Shown here in pieces: positions 48,946 through 57,633 of a DNA stretch of 58,877 bases. The notes beneath the pieces are model-generated. The model did not search any database, was not told the DNA's origin, and saw only the letters and a program-made list of their open reading frames with translations. The DNA comes from a virus (lineage: Duplodnaviria; Caudoviricetes), in IMG/VR virus record IMGVR_UViG_3300024229_000994, positions 1-58,877 of that record; one strand, written 5' to 3'. Within the stretch, counting starts at the first letter, position 1. Each line of letters starts with the position of its first letter. Made by a program: the position numbers and the translations under genes.

Positions 48946-49743
48946 TTATTTAGCTGTCTTTAATAGGTCTTTATACCCTTGTTCGAGTTTTTTTGTTACT
49001 GCGTCATATGCTGGTATAGCTTTCGCGACGGCTTTTGCTCTTTTATCTAATGATGCTTTTGCTGCCTGCGCTTTTGTACCTAGTAGCTTACCTGCTAAAC
49101 CTTTAGCGCCTGAACTTGCAGTAGCTGCTAGATCACTGAGACCTTTCTCAACAGTATTCATATCTACTTCTTGATCTTCAATATGTGTTTCTTCATCACT
49201 AAAGAATCCATCTAATGAACGGATACCGCTTTCTTGATCTTCTATTTCGATTTCTTCAATATAACTTTTTGGTTCAACTGGAATAAATTTATCACCTTCA
49301 ATACGTCCATATCTGCCATCTTTATAAAATTCTACAGCATCTCTAAATCTTGTTAAAAAATCACTTCTTGGTCTAAAACCGTTTTCATCTTTAAAATCAT
49401 CAGAATAATCACCAGCTAAATCTGGATCGATTAAGTTTACCGGGCCATCAATTCCGAATCTCTCTATAGCTTTATCTCTTATAGCATCATATTTACGCAA
49501 TACTGCTAAGTGTGCTTGTTTATCTTTCTTTTGTATAGCATCAAAAATATCATCAGTAAGAGCTTCCATTTGATCAGAATATTCACGTGCATCGGGTCTA
49601 TCAAAAGGGCTTTCCGGTTTATCTTCTTTATTATTAAACGGTGAATCTTCGAAACCTTTTTTAAGAAGCTTTTCTATTTGGTCTGCTTTTATATCTCTTT
49701 GCTCAGTTAAGATTTTATTTGCTAATGTAGTAAAGTTATCCAT
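48946..49743 (-). CDS. hypothetical late protein
   Basis: MDNFTTLANKILTEQ; TAAATA 5 nt upstream. Confidence 0.75.
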   Translation of the reverse strand: MDNFTTLANKILTEQRDIKADQIEKLLKKGFEDSPFNNKEDKPESPFDRPDAREYSDQMEALTDDIFDAIQKKDKQAHLAVLRKYDAIRDKAIERFGIDGPVNLIDPDLAGDYSDDFKDENGFRPRSDFLTRFRDAVEFYKDGRYGRIEGDKFIPVEPKSYIEEIEIEDQESGIRSLDGFFSDEETHIEDQEVDMNTVEKGLSDLAATASSGAKGLAGKLLGTKAQAAKASLDKRAKAVAKAIPAYDAVTKKLEQGYKDLLKTAK

Positions 49744-49751
49744 ATTAATAT

Positions 49752-50309
49752 TTATTTAATCAAAAGAAATTTAGTTGACAGTCTATTGAAGTAATTACTA
49801 TTAAGCCATTTCAGATCATATTTCTTACTAAAAGCTTTAGCTTTACTAAATGTAAATTCAGCAAAGTCTTTCTTCGGTTTTTGTATATCGTTAAGTAGTA
49901 TGTCACCTTTACCACTTTTGCTTTTTAAGAGATGGTCGAAATAGGGTAGACTATATTTACTGATGTATATTTTAATAGGTAATATACGTTTCATACGATT
50001 TAATGTCGTATTTATTAAATTTATAACATCAAACTCATCATAGAACTTAAGCATGGAGCATTCCGGTAATTGAGTATTGTTAAAAAATAATATATGCTTA
50101 TTTCTATTTGCGCTATTGAGAATAGCTTCAGAAAATCCAAAAATAATGTAATGATACGCGATCTTCTTAACATCTGCGTTATTAATACTCTTATCTAGAA
50201 TACCGAACATATGCAGATCATTTATAATATTATCGCTAATATTATCTGCAAAAATCTCATTACAATTAATGAGACATATATTATACACACCTAAATCTAA
50301 TGATTCCAC
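49752..50309 (-). CDS. hypothetical protein
   Basis: 185 aa; GTG start 5 nt after TATAAT. Confidence 0.65.
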   Translation of the reverse strand: MESLDLGVYNICLINCNEIFADNISDNIINDLHMFGILDKSINNADVKKIAYHYIIFGFSEAILNSANRNKHILFFNNTQLPECSMLKFYDEFDVINLINTTLNRMKRILPIKIYISKYSLPYFDHLLKSKSGKGDILLNDIQKPKKDFAEFTFSKAKAFSKKYDLKWLNSNYFNRLSTKFLLIK

Positions 50310-50320
50310 ACGATATTATA

Positions 50321-50731
50321 TCAGTGTTCCAAAAAATTCTTAGGTGGTTTACCTATTCTACAGTTGATTATACCATTATAATAGTCTTCACTTAACAGTA
50401 CATCTTTATCAAACTGCATCTTTGATTCATAATAACCTAGTTCATATTTATTTCTACAGAATCTTAGTATTTTAAATAAAAATCTATCCTTACCGTGTGT
50501 GGCTATATCGATATTGAGCCTATCACTTGAACCTGTATAGGTCTTCCAGTCACTTTCCACATAATCAATACGCTTCCTCTTCTTACCTTTAAGAGGTGCT
50601 CGCTTAATCTTTTTAACCATCTGCTTTCTACCGATATATTTCTTATCGTTTATTAAATTGGTAATTTCGTATATAAATCCGAAAGCGTCCTCTGGTATTG
50701 CTTCATAAACTTTCCAATGACCTGTATCCAT
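50321..50731 (-). CDS. GIY-YIG endonuclease (T4 endonuclease II-like)
   Basis: AFGFIYEITN..KKYIGRK..ESDWKTYTGSS..YYNGII. Confidence 0.85.
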   Translation of the reverse strand: MDTGHWKVYEAIPEDAFGFIYEITNLINDKKYIGRKQMVKKIKRAPLKGKKRKRIDYVESDWKTYTGSSDRLNIDIATHGKDRFLFKILRFCRNKYELGYYESKMQFDKDVLLSEDYYNGIINCRIGKPPKNFLEH

Positions 50732-50739
50732 CTATGTAT

Positions 50740-51150
50740 TTACTTCTTTTTCTTTTTCTTTCTACGCTTGATACTACCTCTTCTAGTCTGGATAGCACCT
50801 AATGCAAAAGGTCTTCTGTAGTCTCCAGGTGCATACCAATCACCTGACTGGGAATGACCAACAGCAGCTGCCGGTCCTAGCGCACCACCACCAACAGTAT
50901 TATCGTCCTCATCATGAATGGTTTTAAGTTTACTATAATATCTAGGATCTTCAGCTAAATGCTGTTTAGCTATAGTAGTTGCAACTGATACATCGTCTGT
51001 ATGTTCGAGTTCGACCTTAATACCCATTTTAAGTTCTTTTTCATCATAATCAATATCTTCAACAGGTTTTAAAAGATCTATAAATCTACGCTCAAATAAG
51101 TTAACAACATTATTTTTAGCTAAATTATCCTTTGTAGTTGTTTTCTGCAT
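50740..51150 (-). CDS. hypothetical protein (DUF5661-like domain, basic tail)
   Basis: ELKMGIKVELEHT..IAKQHLAEDPRYYSKL; start re-placed at 51150 (TAAGTA + 5). Confidence 0.7.
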   Translation of the reverse strand: MQKTTTKDNLAKNNVVNLFERRFIDLLKPVEDIDYDEKELKMGIKVELEHTDDVSVATTIAKQHLAEDPRYYSKLKTIHDEDDNTVGGGALGPAAAVGHSQSGDWYAPGDYRRPFALGAIQTRRGSIKRRKKKKKK

Positions 51151-51171
51151 AATAGTACTTATAATCATAAT

Positions 51172-51567
51172 GTGAGTATTATAGATCAATACGTAAAAGA
51201 AATTGAGAAGGATCTGCATGTCGATGAGTTTAATATCAAAGATGTATCGATGAAGACGCCTGGTCGTAAGCATTTTTGGGTCAGTAAGCTAATACAACAT
51301 AAAAAAAATCTTATTAATGTTAAAGCGCAGCGATTTCAATTAAAGAAGGAAATAACTAAACAGATTATCGAAAAATCGCCCGTTAAGGTAACGACTCCTA
51401 TTGCAGAGAAGACTGCATATCAACATGAACAAATGGTCGAGCTGCAAGCCAGGATAGACGAGCAAGAGCTTATAATTGAACTATTAGAAAAAACCGAAAA
51501 AACGTTCAGTTCACTTAGTTTTGATATTAAGAATATTGTCGAGATTATGAAAATGGAAACATTATGA
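51172..51567 (+). CDS. uvsY: recombination mediator UvsY-like
   Basis: EIEKDLHVDE..FDIKNIVEIMK; directly before uvsW. Confidence 0.75.
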   Translation: MSIIDQYVKEIEKDLHVDEFNIKDVSMKTPGRKHFWVSKLIQHKKNLINVKAQRFQLKKEITKQIIEKSPVKVTTPIAEKTAYQHEQMVELQARIDEQELIIELLEKTEKTFSSLSFDIKNIVEIMKMETL

Positions 51568-52982
51568 TTACTTTTAGTTTTGACAGAGGTAAAGTTCGTA
51601 TACAAGGCGAGTTATTTTCAGATATACGCGAACATTTTAGTGTTAAAGATGATACTGCACGTTTTCGTAAAGGTAGAGCAAAATATTTTGCAAGTCGTAT
51701 ATACTGCATCACTCCTACCGGTTTATTCGAGCCTGGTTTATTTTATGATATTATGCGCTTTATTAAAGAGACGTACCCTAACGAAGAAGTTAGAATAGAT
51801 AAGTCGATATCGTGTGTAGTTAAACCCGGTCTATTAGACGCTAGAGTATATGATAATCTAACGCATAGTCTTAGAGATTACCAATATGCTGCATGTGAAA
51901 ATGCAATTAAACACGGTAGAGGTATATTAAAAATGGGTACAGGTGCGGGTAAGACTCTAACTATATGTTCAATCCTAATGAGTGCTTTCCTACAGCGTAA
52001 AGATAGTTTTAAATGTTTATTAATTGTACCTGATCTTACATTAGTTAACCAGACATTTACCGATTTTGAGGAATATAATGCTCTATTTAAATTTACAAGA
52101 TGGACTGGTAAGCTTAAACCTGATCTAACAGCGAATGTTATAATTGCTAATTTAGGAGTACTGCAGAGTCAATTCAAGGATAACGAGTGGCTGCAAGATG
52201 TCGATATGTTGATTATTGATGAATGCCATAAATTAAAGAAGAATAATAAAATTAACAAAATGGTGCAGTCTATTAAAACTGTACATAAATTTGGATTAAC
52301 TGGTACGTTGCCTGATAGTAAGCCAGATGAATGGAATATTATTGGTAAAGTAGGTAGTATAATATATGAAAAAGATAGTTATAGTTTGAGAACCGAGCGT
52401 CATCTAACTACCGCTAAAACATCTATACTCAATATAGACTACAATACAAAACCTATACATATTAAAGGTCAGAATCCGTATAAAACGGAATTAGATTTTC
52501 TGTATGAAAATGAATTTCGAAATAATATAATTCATCGGGTATGTACTAACTTTAATAATAATATACTCGTACTTGTAAATCATATTGTACACGGTGAAAA
52601 GTTATATGATATACTGAGCGCTGTAAAAGATAAGCAAGTATATTTCATACGTGGAGATGTTGAAGTTGAAGAAAGAGATAGAATAAAGCAATTAATGGAA
52701 ACAAATACAGATGTAATATGTATTGCAATTAGCGCTATTTTCTCGACAGGTGTCAATATTAAAAATATACATATGATTATTTTCGGTGCCGGTGGTAAAA
52801 GCTCTATTAGAACAATTCAATCTATAGGTAGAGGCTTGAGATTACATGATAATAAAGAAAGACTTACAATTATAGATTTAGCTGATAATTTAAAATACGG
52901 TAAACGTCACGTTGAAAAGAGGATAGAGATTTATAAACAAGAAAAAATACCATTTTCAATTACGGATATAGTTGAAAAGTAA
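51564..52982 (+). CDS. uvsW: UvsW-like SF2 helicase
   Basis: LRDYQ, GTGAGKT, DECH, GLTGT, QSIGRGLR. Confidence 0.92.
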   Translation: MITFSFDRGKVRIQGELFSDIREHFSVKDDTARFRKGRAKYFASRIYCITPTGLFEPGLFYDIMRFIKETYPNEEVRIDKSISCVVKPGLLDARVYDNLTHSLRDYQYAACENAIKHGRGILKMGTGAGKTLTICSILMSAFLQRKDSFKCLLIVPDLTLVNQTFTDFEEYNALFKFTRWTGKLKPDLTANVIIANLGVLQSQFKDNEWLQDVDMLIIDECHKLKKNNKINKMVQSIKTVHKFGLTGTLPDSKPDEWNIIGKVGSIIYEKDSYSLRTERHLTTAKTSILNIDYNTKPIHIKGQNPYKTELDFLYENEFRNNIIHRVCTNFNNNILVLVNHIVHGEKLYDILSAVKDKQVYFIRGDVEVEERDRIKQLMETNTDVICIAISAIFSTGVNIKNIHMIIFGAGGKSSIRTIQSIGRGLRLHDNKERLTIIDLADNLKYGKRHVEKRIEIYKQEKIPFSITDIVEK

Positions 52983-53010
52983 CTACTAGTACTATATAAT
53001 TAACTTAGTT

Positions 53011-53496
53011 ATGGCGGTAGAAAAAATAAAAAAAGTTGAACCGGTTAAGGTCAAGAAAAAAAGAGGACCTAAACCTAAAATAGACGAATATTATGTTAAC
53101 CCTGCTGACTTTAAGCAGCAAATTCGTGATTATTATAAGTCTGAAGTATGTATTCATGAGCTAGCTAACTCTCTGAAAAAAATTGCGTATGGTTTAGGTA
53201 ATAAGTCTAATTTTATCAATTATACATATAAAGAAGAGATGATCGGCGACGCGTTAGTCAAGATGTATACAGCTCTTAAGAATAAGAAGTTTAACGTAGA
53301 TTCCGAATACAATCCTTTTTCATATTTTACAACTATTGCGTTCCATGCCTTTATTAATAGAATTAAGAAAGAGAAGAAACATCACGAAACCCTTACAAAT
53401 TATAAAGAAATGGTGTATGAGGAAGAGATGGCAGCGGTAACTGATGGTCAGGTGTACGTTAAGCCGAATAGTGATGATCTAGAATATAGCAGTTAA
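53011..53496 (+). CDS. late-transcription sigma factor gp55
   Basis: YYVN, NFINYTYKEEMIGDA, NPFSYFTTIAFHAFINRIKKEKK. Confidence 0.92.
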   Translation: MAVEKIKKVEPVKVKKKRGPKPKIDEYYVNPADFKQQIRDYYKSEVCIHELANSLKKIAYGLGNKSNFINYTYKEEMIGDALVKMYTALKNKKFNVDSEYNPFSYFTTIAFHAFINRIKKEKKHHETLTNYKEMVYEEEMAAVTDGQVYVKPNSDDLEYSS

Positions 53497-54545
53497 TGAA
53501 AAATAGAGTTGCAATATTTTCTGATATTCATCTGGGTGTACATCAAAATAGCGATTTCTGGTTAGGCATTGCTAATAAATGGGTGGATTGGTATATTCAA
53601 GAATTACATAAACAGGATATTAGTGATATAATATTCTGCGGTGATTTCTTCCATTATAGAGATGAGATTAGTGTCAAGACATTAAACTTTGCTAAAGATC
53701 TTTTAGATAAATTTAAAGACTTTAACATTACCATGATTACTGGTAATCATGATGCCTGGTATAAAGATACTTCAGAAATTAACAGCCTTTCAATATTAAA
53801 AGGTAGACGTAATCTAACTATATATGATAAACTTGAGACGGTCACCGTTGATGGTAAGCGTTTAACTTTCTGCCCATGGGGTACTCAGATTAATGATATA
53901 CCTGATAGTGATATAGTATTTGGTCACTTTGAGTTAGAGAACTTTAAGATGAACGGTTTTAAAGTTTGCGATCACGGAGATGACCCGGAAGTTCTTATAT
54001 CAAAAGCTCCGTTAATATTCACAGGTCATTTTCATTTAAGAGATGAGAAGACATTTCAGGATAAAAAGCGAATTGTATATGTAGGTAATCCGTATGAAAT
54101 GGACTTTGGCGATTCGTTGCAAACAAAAGGATTTTATACTTTAAATATAGACGAAATGTCGTACGAGTTTACAGAGAATACAATAACACCTAAACATGTT
54201 AAAGTATTTCTATCAAAACTTATTACTGATCCAGACCCTATAAAATTTTTCAATGATATTATTGCAAATAATATTATTAAACTTATAATTGATAAAAATA
54301 TTAATACTGATCATTTAGATTTATTAATAGCTAAATTGACAAGTTATAAGCCTTGTGAGATTAGAATAGATTATGACGTCAATTATAATAAAGTTAAGTT
54401 TTCTGAAGAAGGTGATTTTGATCTCTCCGGTGTTGATATAATTGAAGCTATAACTGAATTTGTAAATTTACTTGATATTGAAAATAAAAGAGAGGTTGTG
54501 AAATACACAGCTGATCTCTTCGCAAGATCTACCGATAGACCATAA
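53496..54545 (+). CDS. gp47/Mre11-SbcD nuclease
   Basis: SDIHLG, GDFFH, GNHD, GHFE, GHFH. Confidence 0.93.
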   Translation: MKNRVAIFSDIHLGVHQNSDFWLGIANKWVDWYIQELHKQDISDIIFCGDFFHYRDEISVKTLNFAKDLLDKFKDFNITMITGNHDAWYKDTSEINSLSILKGRRNLTIYDKLETVTVDGKRLTFCPWGTQINDIPDSDIVFGHFELENFKMNGFKVCDHGDDPEVLISKAPLIFTGHFHLRDEKTFQDKKRIVYVGNPYEMDFGDSLQTKGFYTLNIDEMSYEFTENTITPKHVKVFLSKLITDPDPIKFFNDIIANNIIKLIIDKNINTDHLDLLIAKLTSYKPCEIRIDYDVNYNKVKFSEEGDFDLSGVDIIEAITEFVNLLDIENKREVVKYTADLFARSTDRP

Positions 54546-56350
54546 TGAAATACGTTACATTTAAACAACTTAAAATAAAGAACTTCCTGTCTGTAGGTGA
54601 AGATGAGGTGCGTGTCGAATTTAATAAAGGGTTACATATTGTAACCGGTATAAATCGAGATAAAGAAGATAGACGAAATGGAGTAGGTAAGAGTACAATT
54701 GCCGATGCTTTATATTTTGCTATCTTTGGTAGTACTCTTAGAGAGATTAGAAAACAATTTATACCTAATAATTTAACAGAAGGTAAATCAATTGTTGAAC
54801 TATCATTTGCAATTAATGACCCGCATTACGGTACAAACGATTTTCATATAGTACGTACTTTAGGTCCATCTAAATGTAATATATTTAAGAATGGGGTTGA
54901 TAAGACCAGGGATACGATTGGTAATACTAATAATTATATTGAAACTATCCTATCATCATCACCAGAAGTTTTTCAGAATTGTGTTATAATGACTCTCAAC
55001 AACCATATACCCTTTATGGCAAAAAATAAGGTTGAGAAGAGAAAGTTTATTGAAAAGATATTTAGCTTAGAGATATTCTCAAAAATGTTAACGGAGTTAC
55101 GGTCTGATCAAAGTCTTATTAAGCAAGATTTTGATACTAATATAACCCGACTTGAAGAAACTAATAATTACCTGACTGTGCAAAAATCTCAAAGAGATAG
55201 TTTTAATGTTGATAAAGAAAAGAAAACTGAAACTTTACAAACTAATCTAACAAAGCATAGAGATGATTTAAAAGATGCTAACGATCGATTAGAAGCTATT
55301 GAAAAATTAGATGAAAAGCCATATAAAAATAAGCTGACTGAGCTAATAGCATTAATAGATTCCAAAAAAGATGATAGGAATAATATTAATAACAATATTA
55401 TCGAATTAAAGCTTAATTTAAAGAACTCAGCGGAAACCTATAGACGTATAGGTACAGGTGAAGAAAATTGCCCCGTATGTTTACGCTCTATTGAAGATCA
55501 TGACTTAGAGCTTATTAAAAAAGAGAAAGAAAATCTTAAAAATATTATTAATAACAGTAAGTCAGAGTTAGCTAATCTTACAAATGAATTGACTGCTATT
55601 GATAGTGAAATAGAAAAAGTCGACCAGGCAGTTAGAGTCGTATCTGATAAAATAGCTAATATTGAAAAGCAGAAATATGGTATCGGTCATATTAGAGAAT
55701 CAATAGATTACATTAAGAGATGCGTATCTGAGATGGAAGAGGAGTTAAAATCTACATGTAATGATACGAATACATTCAGCGATATTGTAGTTGAGTTAGA
55801 GACTAAATCATCGACGATTACCGCAGAGCTAAGCAATATTAAAAAGAATATTGATATGCTTGATGTAGTTAAGTTTGTGGTAAGTGAAGAAGGTGTAAAA
55901 AGTTACATTGTTAAAAAGATACTAAGAAATTTTAACTCTAAACTAACTCACTACCTAAAAAAGCTTGATAGTAATAGTATATGCGTTTTTAATGAATATT
56001 TTGAGGAAGAGATTTTAAACGAAAAAGGTAAGATATGTCTCTATAATAACTTCTCCGGGGCAGAGAGAAAGGCTATTGATTTGGCATGTCTCTTCTCTTT
56101 TATGGATATGAGAAAAGCTCAAGGAGATGTACATTATAACTTAAGTTTCTACGATGAATTATTTGATAGTAGTTTGGATGAAAAGGGAGTTGATCTAGTT
56201 TTAGAGATCTTAAATGAAAGGGTTGAGAAGCTAAATGAATGTGTATTTGTTATTAGCCATCGAAAGGAAAGTATAAAAGCGGCGACCGGTGATATTATAT
56301 TCCTAGAAAAGCATAATGGTATCACAAAGCGTGTAAACTTTGTGGATTAG
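54545..56350 (+). CDS. gp46/Rad50-SbcC ATPase
   Basis: NGVGKST, CPVC zinc hook, FSGAE, YDELFDSSLD, ISH. Confidence 0.95.
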   Translation: MKYVTFKQLKIKNFLSVGEDEVRVEFNKGLHIVTGINRDKEDRRNGVGKSTIADALYFAIFGSTLREIRKQFIPNNLTEGKSIVELSFAINDPHYGTNDFHIVRTLGPSKCNIFKNGVDKTRDTIGNTNNYIETILSSSPEVFQNCVIMTLNNHIPFMAKNKVEKRKFIEKIFSLEIFSKMLTELRSDQSLIKQDFDTNITRLEETNNYLTVQKSQRDSFNVDKEKKTETLQTNLTKHRDDLKDANDRLEAIEKLDEKPYKNKLTELIALIDSKKDDRNNINNNIIELKLNLKNSAETYRRIGTGEENCPVCLRSIEDHDLELIKKEKENLKNIINNSKSELANLTNELTAIDSEIEKVDQAVRVVSDKIANIEKQKYGIGHIRESIDYIKRCVSEMEEELKSTCNDTNTFSDIVVELETKSSTITAELSNIKKNIDMLDVVKFVVSEEGVKSYIVKKILRNFNSKLTHYLKKLDSNSICVFNEYFEEEILNEKGKICLYNNFSGAERKAIDLACLFSFMDMRKAQGDVHYNLSFYDELFDSSLDEKGVDLVLEILNERVEKLNECVFVISHRKESIKAATGDIIFLEKHNGITKRVNFVD

Positions 56351-56376
56351 CATAAAAAACTTATTAATTATTAAAT

Positions 56377-57588
56377 ATGTTAATTCAAGGAAACGTACCA
56401 TTTCAGCTTAAGTCACCAGCTCGGCCAAATAGCGGTCAACCTAATGCAACTAGTGTCAAACCGAAACCTGTAGCAGCTCCGGCTGAGGTTGGATTACCTC
56501 GCTTTATGAATTATTATGCTGATTATAGTGGTTGCGGTCACTGGAGGATGATATGGCCGGAGCAAGTTATGAATGCTCATAATAAAGCAGTTGTACACGG
56601 GACGACTGTAATGAATGGTGACCCTAGATATTACGGTGGAGTTAAGGGTGTTAGAATTCAGAGACAAGCAACTCCGCAACAGTTAGAGTTTGTTAAATTT
56701 CTTAGAAACATGGCAGATAAAACTGGTATGCGTCTTATATATGAAATTGATGATATATGTTTTGCGGAAGATATTCCTGATTATAACAAATATAAAGGAG
56801 CATTTACAGATCCAAAGATAAGACAATCAGCTCAGGAAATGATGGCTATGTGTGATGAGATTACCGTTACATGTCCGTTTATGAGAGATTATTATCGCGA
56901 TAAGACAGGTAATCCGAACGTCACAGTTATTCCAAATTTTATGCCTAAATTCTGGATAGGTGGTAAATCTGATCTTAACCGTACGATGGAGAGCTATGAG
57001 AAGAACAAGAAGAAACCTCGTATTTTATATGCCGGTTCAGGTGCGCACTTTGACGTTGATAATAGAGTAAAACAGCGTGATGATTTTCATCATGTAAATG
57101 AAGTTATCGCTAAAACAGTTGATAAGTATCAATGGGTATTCTTAGGTGCTTTTCCATTAACGTTAAAACCTCTTGTCCAAGCTGGTAAGATCGAATTTCA
57201 CCCATGGAAGCGTTTATATGAATACGGTCAAGGCTTATATGATCTAAATGTAAACATGATTGTAGCTCCGTTACAGGATAGTATTTTTAATCGTTCGAAA
57301 TCTGACCTGAAATATATTGAAGCATGCGCGCTTGGATTGCCTATTGCATGTCAAGATATGTGCACATACGAGAACGCTCCTATCAAGTTTAAGACCGGGG
57401 AGGAGATGATTGCTCAGATTGAAAGTACATTGCAAGATAGAAAACGCTATAAAGCTTTATGTAAAAGAGCTAGTCAATATGCTGATACCCGGTGGTTAGA
57501 GGATGATAAAAATATTGATTGCTATACCGAACTCTATCAGTATAGTGTAGGTGACCCTCTAAGAGTTAATCTGAACAGGTATAATTAA
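56377..57588 (+). CDS. GT-B fold glycosyltransferase
   Basis: ADYSGCGHWR, IQRQ, YEIDD, VIPNFMP, APLQDSIFNRSKSDLKYIEA. Confidence 0.8.
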   Translation: MLIQGNVPFQLKSPARPNSGQPNATSVKPKPVAAPAEVGLPRFMNYYADYSGCGHWRMIWPEQVMNAHNKAVVHGTTVMNGDPRYYGGVKGVRIQRQATPQQLEFVKFLRNMADKTGMRLIYEIDDICFAEDIPDYNKYKGAFTDPKIRQSAQEMMAMCDEITVTCPFMRDYYRDKTGNPNVTVIPNFMPKFWIGGKSDLNRTMESYEKNKKKPRILYAGSGAHFDVDNRVKQRDDFHHVNEVIAKTVDKYQWVFLGAFPLTLKPLVQAGKIEFHPWKRLYEYGQGLYDLNVNMIVAPLQDSIFNRSKSDLKYIEACALGLPIACQDMCTYENAPIKFKTGEEMIAQIESTLQDRKRYKALCKRASQYADTRWLEDDKNIDCYTELYQYSVGDPLRVNLNRYN

Positions 57589-57633
57589 CTTTTTGTTATT
57601 GATAATAACGAAGCATCATATATAATCATATAT

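Noticed and set aside
14027-51273. Upstream start codons given in the track for 14027, 30597, 35635, 36515, 45091 and 51273 (also 4292)
   Set aside because: Most overlap neighbouring genes or the gene's own promoter; downstream ATGs fit the promoter spacing or operon coupling better
428-56679. Many short ORFs in the track lying antisense or out of frame within larger genes (e.g. 428-649, 2043-3017, 7337-8164, 17816-18046, 27673-28125, 44760-45107, 46524-47233)
   Set aside because: Fully overlapped by well-supported genes, with no promoter or recognisable motif; typical shadow ORFs
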